The position numbers and the translations under genes were made by a program. A DNA stretch of 61,871 nucleotides from Pseudomonadota bacterium. GTDB taxonomy: Bacteria; Pseudomonadota; Gammaproteobacteria; Ga0077536. The first letter of the stretch is position 1; every line of letters begins with the position of its first letter. The stretch covers positions 1 through 61,871 of the forward strand of contig JAQCEL010000003.1 in NCBI GenBank assembly GCA_027618655.1, read 5' to 3'. Below the pieces are notes generated by a model. That model was given only the letters and a program-made list of their open reading frames with translations. It was not told where the DNA came from and did no database searches. Below, in pieces: positions 52,511 through 61,109 of the stretch.

Positions 52511-53419
52511 TTAAATAGATCTCTCATGCTCGATCCCTGCGCGTGTCAGCGCGCTACTCACTCTTTGTCGAGCCTCGCTAGAAGCCCACGTCAACGGCAA
52601 TCGGATCCCGGCGTCCGCTAAGCCCATCGCATGGATTGCCCATTTCACGGGGATTGGGTTGGATTCACAAAACAGTTCTTGATGTAGCATCGCAAGCTTT
52701 TCGTCGATATCGGCCGCGCGAACTGCATCACCGGACAGCGCCGCACGACACAGATCCGCCATGGCGCGCGGCGCAACATTGGCAGTCACCGAAATGACAC
52801 CGTCGCCACCAGCCAACATGAACTCACGCCCCGTTGCATCGTCACCGCTTAACAACAAGAAATCTTCACCACAGCCGGAGCGCAACTGCGCTACCCGACC
52901 GACTTCGCCGGTTGCTTCCTTCACGCCAATGATATTTTCAAGCTTTGCGAGACGAGCAATCGTTGCTGGCAACATGTCACAGGCTGTTCGCCCTGGAACG
53001 TTATACAAGATTTGCGGGATCTTTACTGCTTCGGCAACCGCCTTATGGTGTTGGTAAAGTCCTTCTTGGGTCGGTTTGTTGTAATACGGGGTGACGAGTA
53101 AACAGGCGTCAGCGCCCGCTTTGCGTGCGCATTCGGTCAATTTGATAGCTTCGCGAGTGGAATTGGCGCCGGTTCCCGCGATAACGGGTAAGCGCCCGTT
53201 GATGTGTGCAACGATTTTCCCAATCGCATCGCAATGTTCTTGCTCGCTTAGCGTTGCGGATTCTCCAGTTGTGCCAACCGCAACGATGGCTGCCGTTCCG
53301 TTGTCGACATGGAAATCTAATAGCTGCCGAAATCGAGCCCAATCGATGGGCGTGTCTGGCTTAACGCCGACGAACATCGGGCTTATGATTGCGACCATAC
53401 TTCCGCGGTAGGGCGACAT
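52511..53419 (-). CDS. dapA: 4-hydroxy-tetrahydrodipicolinate synthase
   Basis: Contains GTTGESATLS, the YNVPGRT motif and the Schiff-base lysine context IIGVKEATG. Confidence 0.96.
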   Translation of the reverse strand: MSPYRGSMVAIISPMFVGVKPDTPIDWARFRQLLDFHVDNGTAAIVAVGTTGESATLSEQEHCDAIGKIVAHINGRLPVIAGTGANSTREAIKLTECARKAGADACLLVTPYYNKPTQEGLYQHHKAVAEAVKIPQILYNVPGRTACDMLPATIARLAKLENIIGVKEATGEVGRVAQLRSGCGEDFLLLSGDDATGREFMLAGGDGVISVTANVAPRAMADLCRAALSGDAVRAADIDEKLAMLHQELFCESNPIPVKWAIHAMGLADAGIRLPLTWASSEARQRVSSALTRAGIEHERSI

Positions 53420-53577
53420 CGATAAAACTCTCTAAAAATAGCCCGGCATAGTAGCTATACGCCCCAGGTATGACAAGGCGCTGAAACCGCTGTTCCATAT
53501 TCTTAAACGACTTCGCATTCGTTGCGGTCACCTTGCGGTTATACAACATAAGCATGCACAATAAGTCTTAACTTACC

Positions 53578-54129
53578 GTGCCTGATAGCGAACCATCTCT
53601 AATGCTAAATTACGTTGCCATTTCCGCAATCGGAAAAAATCGGCAAGGACTCGTCGAACCCTTTATTAAGGCCGTCCGCGACTGCGGTTGCAGCGTCGTC
53701 GATAGCCGAATGACCGTCCTCGGCAACCAATTTGCAATGATGATGTTGTTGTCCGGTACTTGGGACGCGATCGCAAAAATTGAAAATCTACTACCGCGGC
53801 TCGAAGAACAATTACAACTGTCAACCATCGTCGAGCGCACCGTAATCCGTAAAACAGACGGCAGCTCGATGCCTTATGCGATAGAAGTGGTCGCAGCTGA
53901 CGATCCTGCCATCGTGCACGAAATGGCGCAGTTCTTCACCGAGCGAGAAGTCAGTATCGAAGATTTATACTCGGGAACCTATACGGCTGCGCATACCGGC
54001 ACGCCGATGTTCTCGTTACATATGACAATCGCCGTGCCGACTGACGTCTCCATCGCGACTTTGCGCGGTGAGTTTATGGAATTTTGTGATCAGCTGAATC
54101 TCGATTCAATTATGGAACCCGTTAAATAA
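53578..54129 (+). CDS. gcvR: Glycine cleavage system transcriptional repressor GcvR (tandem ACT domains)
   Basis: 183 aa with two ACT-like halves. It is divergent from dapA, as in E. coli. The start codon is GTG. Confidence 0.82.
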   Translation: MPDSEPSLMLNYVAISAIGKNRQGLVEPFIKAVRDCGCSVVDSRMTVLGNQFAMMMLLSGTWDAIAKIENLLPRLEEQLQLSTIVERTVIRKTDGSSMPYAIEVVAADDPAIVHEMAQFFTEREVSIEDLYSGTYTAAHTGTPMFSLHMTIAVPTDVSIATLRGEFMEFCDQLNLDSIMEPVK

Positions 54130-54175
54130 CGCGGCGTTTTTGTGCTAAATCCTTGCACTGCAGTGACTGCTGATT

Positions 54176-55576
54176 TTGCCGCATAAAACTCGACTGTTCG
54201 TTCTCGACACGAACGTGCTATTGCACGATCCCTTCGCGGTGTTCCGCTTCAAAGAACACGACGTCTTCGTTCCAATGATGGTCCTAGAAGAACTCGATGC
54301 GGCCAAGAAAGGCGTCTCCGACCTCGCACGCGCAGCACGTCAAGTGAGCCGTAATTTAGAAGACATACTGAATGGCTCCGACCGAGCAGCTATCGAACGC
54401 GGTTTGAGCCTACCTAAGATCGACTTTTCAAGTGCGGACAATAATCCAGGCGGACGGTTATTTTTGCAAACAACCGCGCCCGAAACGCCACCCGTCATCG
54501 GAGCCATGCCCGGCAACACGCCTGACAATAGTATCTTGGCCGCGACCCTGAGTGCCGCGGAGCTATTTCCGGCGCGCGAAGTCATCTTAGTGTCGAAGGA
54601 CATTAATTTGCGTATCAAGGCGCGGATTCTAGGGATCACGGCAGAAGATTATTACAACGATAAAACGCTCGACGATGTAGAGCTACTCTTCACGGGCATG
54701 CGTGGACTCGATGCAAACCATTGGGCGAAAGCGATCAAAGCTGCCGTAGACCGTGCGCAAAGCGGCGGCACGGTTTACCGACTCGACGACGATGGCTTAG
54801 GTGAGCTCTTCCCGAACGAATGCGTCCACACGCTTGATGAAAAAAATGAAACTATCGTGCGAACGAGTACCGACGCTAGGCAAAAATTCGAACCCTCGAA
54901 AAACTACCGCGACGAACGCAGTTCGGTGTGGGGAATAAGGGCTCGCAACCTCGAGCAGAACTTTGCGCTTAATTTATTGATGGATCCTGATATTGACTTC
55001 GTTTCACTGATTGGAGTGGCTGGGACGGGTAAGACGCTGCTTGCGTTAGCAGCCGGTTTGTCCCAAACGATGGAAACGAAACACTATCAAGAAATCATCA
55101 TGACCCGGGAAACTGTCCCAGTCGGTGAGGACATCGGTTTCCTACCAGGCACTGAAGAAGAGAAAATGACACCCTGGATGGGCGCGCTGCTCGATAACTT
55201 GGAAGTCCTCACCCATACAACCGAAGGGGGCGGCTGGGGACGCGACGCGACCTCAGATCTACTCCACAATCGAATTAAAATCCGCTCGTTGAGCTTTATG
55301 CGTGGACGAACTTTTCTCAATCGCTACATCATAATAGACGAGGCGCAAAATCTTACGGTCAAGCAGATCCGCACGCTTATTACTCGCGCCGGACCAGGTT
55401 CGAAAATTGTATGCCTAGGGAATATCGGACAGATAGATTCGCCCTACTTGAGTGAAACAACGTCTGGATTGACCTATGCCGTCGATCGATTTAGATCGTG
55501 GAAGCATAGTGGGCACGTAACTTTAACGCGCGGTGAACGATCGCGCCTCGCAGATTTTGCTACAAACAATCTCTAA
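54176..55576 (+). CDS. PhoH2-type protein: N-terminal PIN domain fused to a PhoH ATPase
   Basis: The PIN start reads LFVLDTNVLLHDP, with DNSILA later. The PhoH domain contains GVAGTGKTLLALA and IIIDEAQN. The start codon is TTG. Confidence 0.88.
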   Translation: MPHKTRLFVLDTNVLLHDPFAVFRFKEHDVFVPMMVLEELDAAKKGVSDLARAARQVSRNLEDILNGSDRAAIERGLSLPKIDFSSADNNPGGRLFLQTTAPETPPVIGAMPGNTPDNSILAATLSAAELFPAREVILVSKDINLRIKARILGITAEDYYNDKTLDDVELLFTGMRGLDANHWAKAIKAAVDRAQSGGTVYRLDDDGLGELFPNECVHTLDEKNETIVRTSTDARQKFEPSKNYRDERSSVWGIRARNLEQNFALNLLMDPDIDFVSLIGVAGTGKTLLALAAGLSQTMETKHYQEIIMTRETVPVGEDIGFLPGTEEEKMTPWMGALLDNLEVLTHTTEGGGWGRDATSDLLHNRIKIRSLSFMRGRTFLNRYIIIDEAQNLTVKQIRTLITRAGPGSKIVCLGNIGQIDSPYLSETTSGLTYAVDRFRSWKHSGHVTLTRGERSRLADFATNNL

Positions 55577-55619
55577 CGCGAGGCATGTGCGTCGCTATCA
55601 AGTCAATGTCAGGTGACGC

Positions 55620-56699
55620 CTAGGCGGGCTGCGATGTCTCTAATGGGACGTCGCTTGCCCGAGGCCATGAGTTCAATAACGACTTCACTAGAGTTGCCAA
55701 CGGTATGGCGAAAAACACACCCCAGAAACCCCACAAGCCGCCAAAAACTAACACCGCGACAATTATCGCAACCGGATGAAGATTCACGACATCAGAAAAT
55801 AACAGCGGCACTAAAAGATTGCCGTCTAGCGCCTGAATGATGGCGTAGGCGATCATGATCCAAACGAAATCGTTACCCCAACCGAGTTGCAAATAAGCAG
55901 CTAATGCAACCGGCAAGGTTACCACCGCAGCGCCGAGGTAGGGGACGATGACGGACAAGCCCACAATGACGCCGAGCAATGGGGCATATGACAAACCGAG
56001 AAACGAAAACGCCGTATAGGTAACACTGCCAACAATGAATATTTCATAAACCTTGCCGCGCACGTAATTACCAATCTGATCGTCCATCTCCGACCAGACC
56101 CTCTTAAGCACGCTATGCTCGGCCGGTAGAAAAGCGGCGATCCAGCTGAGCAACTGCTTTTTGTCTTTCAAGAAAAAGAACACTAACACGGGTCCTAAAA
56201 TAACGTAGATCAATGCCGTCACAAAAGCCGGGATGGACGCCAAGGACATCGACAGGACGTTTTGCCCAAAGTCACTAATCGCGATCCGAATACCATTGAT
56301 CAGATTGTCGATCTGGGTGGTATTGATAATATTCGGATAGATTTCGGGCAACCGTAGCAGCAATTCCCGCCCCTCATTGATCATGCGCGGAAGTTCGTGC
56401 ACGAAATTAGTCACTTGTCGGGACAGTATCGGCATTAAACCGAGTAGCAGAAAGATGAAAACCGCAAGAAACAAAGTAAATATAATTGCAACAGCGAGCA
56501 GGCGAGGAATGCCACGTTGCTCGAGTTGGATAACAGCACCCTCAAGTAAGTAGGCAATAACGATCGCGGCAAGCGCTGGCGCGAGCATGTGGCCAAAGTA
56601 GAGGATTACGACAGTGCTGATCGCTAACAACAAGACTAGTAACACCGCTTGCGGATGCGAGAAGTAGCGGCGATACCAGATACTGACAATGTCGAACAT
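55620..56699 (-). CDS. AI-2E family transporter (PerM/YhhT-like permease)
   Basis: About 359 aa and polytopic, with a typical C-terminal block (VHPVAIIVAVLVFGGLWGFWGVFFAIPLA). The likely start is MFDIVSI at 56699. Confidence 0.85.
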   Translation of the reverse strand: MFDIVSIWYRRYFSHPQAVLLVLLLAISTVVILYFGHMLAPALAAIVIAYLLEGAVIQLEQRGIPRLLAVAIIFTLFLAVFIFLLLGLMPILSRQVTNFVHELPRMINEGRELLLRLPEIYPNIINTTQIDNLINGIRIAISDFGQNVLSMSLASIPAFVTALIYVILGPVLVFFFLKDKKQLLSWIAAFLPAEHSVLKRVWSEMDDQIGNYVRGKVYEIFIVGSVTYTAFSFLGLSYAPLLGVIVGLSVIVPYLGAAVVTLPVALAAYLQLGWGNDFVWIMIAYAIIQALDGNLLVPLLFSDVVNLHPVAIIVAVLVFGGLWGFWGVFFAIPLATLVKSLLNSWPRASDVPLETSQPA

Positions 56700-56847
56700 T
56701 TTGTGTCGCTTGTTTTGATGCCGATGAGTTAATCGTGGGTCGAGTATATCGTTCGCCCGATATCTGCGACAACTCACCACAATCACGTTCGCGAGGCGCT
56801 GCACGCCAAGCACAATATGGCTAGACTAACAGCTCGCGGGGGACGCC

Positions 56848-57600
56848 ATGAAAATATTTGCGACGTACAACATCAAAGGGGGAGTCGGTAAAACTGCTGC
56901 AGCAGTCAATCTTGCCTACTTGTCTGGACAGAGCGGATTTCGAACCCTGGTGTGGGATCTCGATGCGCAAGGCGCGGCAACTTATTATTTCCAGGTTGCG
57001 GCGCATTTGAAAGGCGGTAGTGAACGACTATTGCGACGTAAAAAAAATCTCCATAAGGCGGTGCGCGCCACGAACTACGAGCTTGTCGATATTATTCCGT
57101 CGGACTTCTCACTAAGAAACCTCGATATTGATTTAGCGAGCGAGAAGGATCCTGAATACCGGCTCAACAAGTTGCTTGGTTCTGTAGGGGATCAGTATGA
57201 CGTCGTCATCTTAGATTGTGCACCGACGATATCCCTGGCGTCAGAAAACGTCATTAATATGGCAGATTGGCTTTTAATCCCACTGATCCCAACTCACTTG
57301 TCGCTACGTGCTTACGACCAATTACACAAATTTTTCGTTGCGGGGGATCTGGACCAGAATCACCTATTGCCATTCTTCTCGATGGTCGATAAGCGCAAAC
57401 GCTTGCATCGCGATCTAATAGTTGAGTTTGCAGCAGCGCATCCAGAATTGATTCGCACGTACATTCCATATCTTAGCCAGATCGAACAAATGGGTGTTCA
57501 TCGCGCGCCCATCGGAGATTTCGCGAGTAGCAGCGCGGGTGCGCGTGCGTTTAATGCTTTGTGGGAATCGGTAATGAAACGCACGGTCCTCGCCGTATGA
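56848..57600 (+). CDS. ParA/MinD-family P-loop ATPase (orphan, no adjacent parB)
   Basis: Contains the deviant Walker A YNIKGGVGKTAAAVNLA and Walker B VVILDCAP. Confidence 0.85.
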   Translation: MKIFATYNIKGGVGKTAAAVNLAYLSGQSGFRTLVWDLDAQGAATYYFQVAAHLKGGSERLLRRKKNLHKAVRATNYELVDIIPSDFSLRNLDIDLASEKDPEYRLNKLLGSVGDQYDVVILDCAPTISLASENVINMADWLLIPLIPTHLSLRAYDQLHKFFVAGDLDQNHLLPFFSMVDKRKRLHRDLIVEFAAAHPELIRTYIPYLSQIEQMGVHRAPIGDFASSSAGARAFNALWESVMKRTVLAV

Positions 57601-57614
57601 TTGGCTAATCGAAA

Positions 57615-58748
57615 ATGATAATTAACGCTACCGAGCCGCCTCGCTCTCGTCCGACAGCAACCGAGCTTGTCGAAAATATTCGGATATGGGGAGCCGATCT
57701 CGGTTTTCAACAAGTCGGCATTACCGATATCGATTTGTCTGAAGATGAGCGACGTCTCGACCGTTGGTTAGGGCAGCAACATCATGGTGAAATGGCGTAT
57801 ATGGCGCGGCACGGAACTAAGCGCTCTCGACCTGCAGAGCTAGTGCCACAGACTGTCTCAGTCATTTGTGTACGAATGAACTACATGAGCGATGCGGCTG
57901 CCGAGCCATGGGGGGTGCTTGGTGACCCCGATCTTGCATACGTATCGCGCTACGCGCTTGCCCGGGACTACCACAAACTGATGCGCTCACGCTTAAAACA
58001 ATTGGGCCGAAAAATTAGCGCCGAAATTGACTCGTTTGGATTTCGTGTGTTTACCGATAGCGCACCCGTGCTTGAGCGCGCGTTAGCACGCAAAGCCGGG
58101 CTCGGCTGGTTCGGCAAGCATAGTAACTTGATTAGTCGTGAAGATGGTTCGTGGTTTTTCCTGGGTGAAATTTACACTGATTTTTCATTGCCCGCTGACC
58201 GAGAGTTCGACCAAAATCATTGCGGTCGATGTGTCGCTTGTATCGACGTCTGTCCTACCCAAGCCATCGTAGCGCCTTATGAAGTTGACGCCCGGCGTTG
58301 CATTTCATATTTAACTATCGAACTTCGCGGCGTCATACCAACGCAATACCGCTCACTCATCGGCAATCGAATTTTTGGTTGCGACGACTGTCAGCTAGTT
58401 TGTCCTTGGAATCGCTTCGCGAAGCTAAGCAGTGAAGCAGATTTTGCTCCTCGCCACCGACTCGATTCCAGTTCCTTAATGGAGTTGTTTGCCTGGTCTG
58501 AATCAGACTTCAATGTTCGCACTGAAGGCTCCGCGATACGACGGATATCGTTCGAACAGTGGCAGCGCAACCTAGCGGTAGCGCTAGGCAATGCGCCGAC
58601 GTCGAAATTAGTCGTAGAGGCATTGACAACCCGTCTCGCCGACACCACGCCGCTTGTCGCGGAACATATTCATTGGGCGATTGAACAGCATTCGGGTCAG
58701 TTGCCAAACTATGGCGGCGCAGAAAATCATGATCTACGTTCGTCATAA
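57615..58748 (+). CDS. queG: Epoxyqueuosine reductase QueG
   Basis: Contains two 4Fe-4S ferredoxin motifs (CGRCVACIDVCP and CDDCQLVCPWN) and C-terminal HEAT-like repeats. Confidence 0.9.
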   Translation: MIINATEPPRSRPTATELVENIRIWGADLGFQQVGITDIDLSEDERRLDRWLGQQHHGEMAYMARHGTKRSRPAELVPQTVSVICVRMNYMSDAAAEPWGVLGDPDLAYVSRYALARDYHKLMRSRLKQLGRKISAEIDSFGFRVFTDSAPVLERALARKAGLGWFGKHSNLISREDGSWFFLGEIYTDFSLPADREFDQNHCGRCVACIDVCPTQAIVAPYEVDARRCISYLTIELRGVIPTQYRSLIGNRIFGCDDCQLVCPWNRFAKLSSEADFAPRHRLDSSSLMELFAWSESDFNVRTEGSAIRRISFEQWQRNLAVALGNAPTSKLVVEALTTRLADTTPLVAEHIHWAIEQHSGQLPNYGGAENHDLRSS

Positions 58749-58768
58749 ACCCATATGGAAATGATTCA

Positions 58769-61066
58769 ATGGCCGACTCATCCGACCTAAATCAACAAAC
58801 TTATGACTGGTGTGTACGCGCTTTCGGCCGGGTGAAAAATATGCTCGGCGTGCGCATAAAGTTACACCACGAACAAGGTCAGATTGAGCAAGGCGACATA
58901 TTTCTGTTCAATCACTTCGCACGGGCAGAAACGTTCATCCCGCAATATTTAATTTATCGTGAAACAGGCGCCTTTTGTCGTTCGGTTGCTGCCGCCGAAT
59001 TTTTCAAGGGGAATGGACGGTTTACGCAAGTATTACGCGACTTGGGTGCGGTACCGAGTAACCACCCGGATCTTATGGCCTTGCTTGCGCGAGATATTCT
59101 GCGTGGCCGAAAAATTGTCATTTTTCCGGAAGGCGGAATGGTCAAAGACCGCCAAGTCTTAGACGATGAAGGGCAATACAGCGTTTTTTCTCGATCAGCC
59201 CAATCGCGACGCAAACATCATACGGGAGCGGCACGCCTTGCCATTGGCTTGCAGATTGTGAAGTTGCGCGTCCTTGAAGAACATCAGCGAAATAACCATC
59301 GATTGCTAGAAGAATGGGCCGAACGTTTAGAACTACCTTCGGTCGAGTCGCTCATACAAAACGCGAAACGTCCCGTGTCTTTAGTACCAGCAAATATCAC
59401 TTTCTATCCGCTACGAATTAGCGACAACATCTTGCGCAAAGGCGCCGACATGTTGCACGGAAGTTTAAGTCAGCGAGCGATCGAGGAACTCATTGTCGAA
59501 GGTAATCTTTTTTTCAAAACGACTGACATGGACATTCGACTTGGCGATGCGATTTGTCCGTTGGAAACGTGGGCTTGGTGGGAGCGATGGTCGGCGATAT
59601 ATCTCTCCAGACAACTTGATAATCCGCGCGACATTTTCGACGGACAGTATCTGCGTGCCAAATTCGTTAGAAAAACTGCAACCAAGGGTCTGAAGGCCAG
59701 CATTAGTCGTTTGCGTAATCGATATATGCGGGATATATACGGCGAGGTGACTATCAATACGAGCCATCTTGCTTCCGTCGCGTTACTTAAATATGCGGAA
59801 AGCGGTAGCAAAACGGTTTCCTTGTCTGACTTGAAACGCGTGCTTTACCTGGCGATCAAGTACTTACAGCGTCAACCAGAAGTTCATCTGCATCGCAGTA
59901 TCTGCAATCCTAGCGTCTATCTGGAACTGCTGAAGTCGCATACACCAGAGTTGATTCAATTTCTCCAATCTGCGGTCGATGCCAAACTAATCGAGTTAGG
60001 CGACACTGATATAACGCTCTTAGAGAAGCTCACGATCGATCATGAGTTCGATTCGGTTCGCCTCGAAAACCCTATCGAAGTCTATGCAAATGAAATCGAA
60101 CCCGTAGTAGAAGTCGATCGTGCTATCGATTCCGCGATGGCGGATAGCACCAAGCTCACACCAGCCGAACGCGCAAGACACAGTTTCGACGATGAGTTAG
60201 TTGCGCATGAGTGGGACCGCATTTTATTCAATAAACGCGAACATCACGATATTAATCAACGGGAAACTGCGACGGCCGATCCGCGGCCATTTTTGCTCGA
60301 ACCAGAGAACAGTTCCGGCCAAGGTGTTCTGCTTATTCATGGGTTTCTGTCCTCTCCTGCTGAGGTACGATCAATGGGTGATCGACTGGCGGAATTGGGC
60401 TACATCGTTTTGGGCGTACGACTCAAAGGCCATGGCACGTCACCTTGGGATTTGCGTGAGCGTAACTGGCAGGACTGGTATGCCTCGGTGGATCGGGGAT
60501 TGGATACGCTGCGCGGTTTAAGTCCGAATGTGTCAGTGCTTGGCTTCTCGACCGGCGGCGCTCTCGCACTGCTACTCGGCGCTAGGCGTCCGACGGAGTT
60601 AATTTCGGTGGTGTCAGTGTGCGCTCCAATCAAGTTTCGAAACAAAAATCTGCGCTTTGTACCGCTGATGCATGGTGCGAATAAAGTAATGCGCTGGTTA
60701 TCTAAATATGAAGGGGTCATGCCTTTTCGACCGAATGAATCGGAGCACCCTCACATCAATTATCGCAATATCCCGATCCGCGGTTTATATGAGTTAACGC
60801 GCATGGTCACGCAGCTTAAAAGTGAACTTGCTCAGGTCTCCTGTCCAGTGTGTATCGTTCAATCAACTGGAGACAAAGTTGTCGATCCTACCAGCGCCAC
60901 GATCGCGTTCGATCTCGTTAGTACGAAAGATAAGGAGCTCCATATGATTGAATCGATTCGTCATGGCATACTGAATGAGAACATCGGTGGCACACAGGAA
61001 TTGTTAATCGATTATCTGCGACGCACCGGCGACTCGCTAAAGTGTCAAGTAAAGAACCTAAACTAG
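58769..61066 (+). CDS. Fusion protein: N-terminal PlsC-like acyltransferase, ~300-aa unknown middle region and C-terminal alpha/beta-hydrolase (lipase/esterase-like)
   Basis: The acyltransferase blocks are FLFNHFARAETF (an H-x4-acidic motif) and VIFPEGGMVKD. The C-terminal half contains LLIHGFLSSP, the nucleophile elbow GFSTGGA, and later D and H residues (TGDKVVD, IRHGIL). Confidence 0.8.
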   Translation: MADSSDLNQQTYDWCVRAFGRVKNMLGVRIKLHHEQGQIEQGDIFLFNHFARAETFIPQYLIYRETGAFCRSVAAAEFFKGNGRFTQVLRDLGAVPSNHPDLMALLARDILRGRKIVIFPEGGMVKDRQVLDDEGQYSVFSRSAQSRRKHHTGAARLAIGLQIVKLRVLEEHQRNNHRLLEEWAERLELPSVESLIQNAKRPVSLVPANITFYPLRISDNILRKGADMLHGSLSQRAIEELIVEGNLFFKTTDMDIRLGDAICPLETWAWWERWSAIYLSRQLDNPRDIFDGQYLRAKFVRKTATKGLKASISRLRNRYMRDIYGEVTINTSHLASVALLKYAESGSKTVSLSDLKRVLYLAIKYLQRQPEVHLHRSICNPSVYLELLKSHTPELIQFLQSAVDAKLIELGDTDITLLEKLTIDHEFDSVRLENPIEVYANEIEPVVEVDRAIDSAMADSTKLTPAERARHSFDDELVAHEWDRILFNKREHHDINQRETATADPRPFLLEPENSSGQGVLLIHGFLSSPAEVRSMGDRLAELGYIVLGVRLKGHGTSPWDLRERNWQDWYASVDRGLDTLRGLSPNVSVLGFSTGGALALLLGARRPTELISVVSVCAPIKFRNKNLRFVPLMHGANKVMRWLSKYEGVMPFRPNESEHPHINYRNIPIRGLYELTRMVTQLKSELAQVSCPVCIVQSTGDKVVDPTSATIAFDLVSTKDKELHMIESIRHGILNENIGGTQELLIDYLRRTGDSLKCQVKNLN

Positions 61067-61084
61067 CAGCCTGTCGGACTTAGG
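61063..61084 (+). repeat. 22-nt repeat, copy A, including the TAG stop of the 765-aa gene
   Basis: CTAGCAGCCTGTCGGACTTAGG is the exact reverse complement of 51330..51351. Confidence 0.95.
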
Positions 61085-61109
61085 AACAATCCACTGCGCG
61101 TCGATTCGC

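Noticed and set aside
4635-53774. Apparent excess of the palindrome GCGATCGC. I saw it by eye at 4635, 6851, 7255, 30410, 32929, 33006 and 53767. CGATCG strings also seem frequent in general.
   Set aside because: I cannot compute the expectation under the real codon and dinucleotide composition without tools. Frequent Asp-Arg, Ile-Asp and Arg-Ser codon pairs could explain it. A k-mer enrichment test against a Markov background would decide the question.
51330-61084. Interpreting the 22-nt inverted repeats as the ends of a transposon or genomic island.
   Set aside because: The segment contains no transposase, integrase or recombinase gene. I see no flanking target-site duplication. The cargo is core housekeeping (dapA, bamC, gcvR, queG). 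I kept it as a finding, but not as a mobile-element call.
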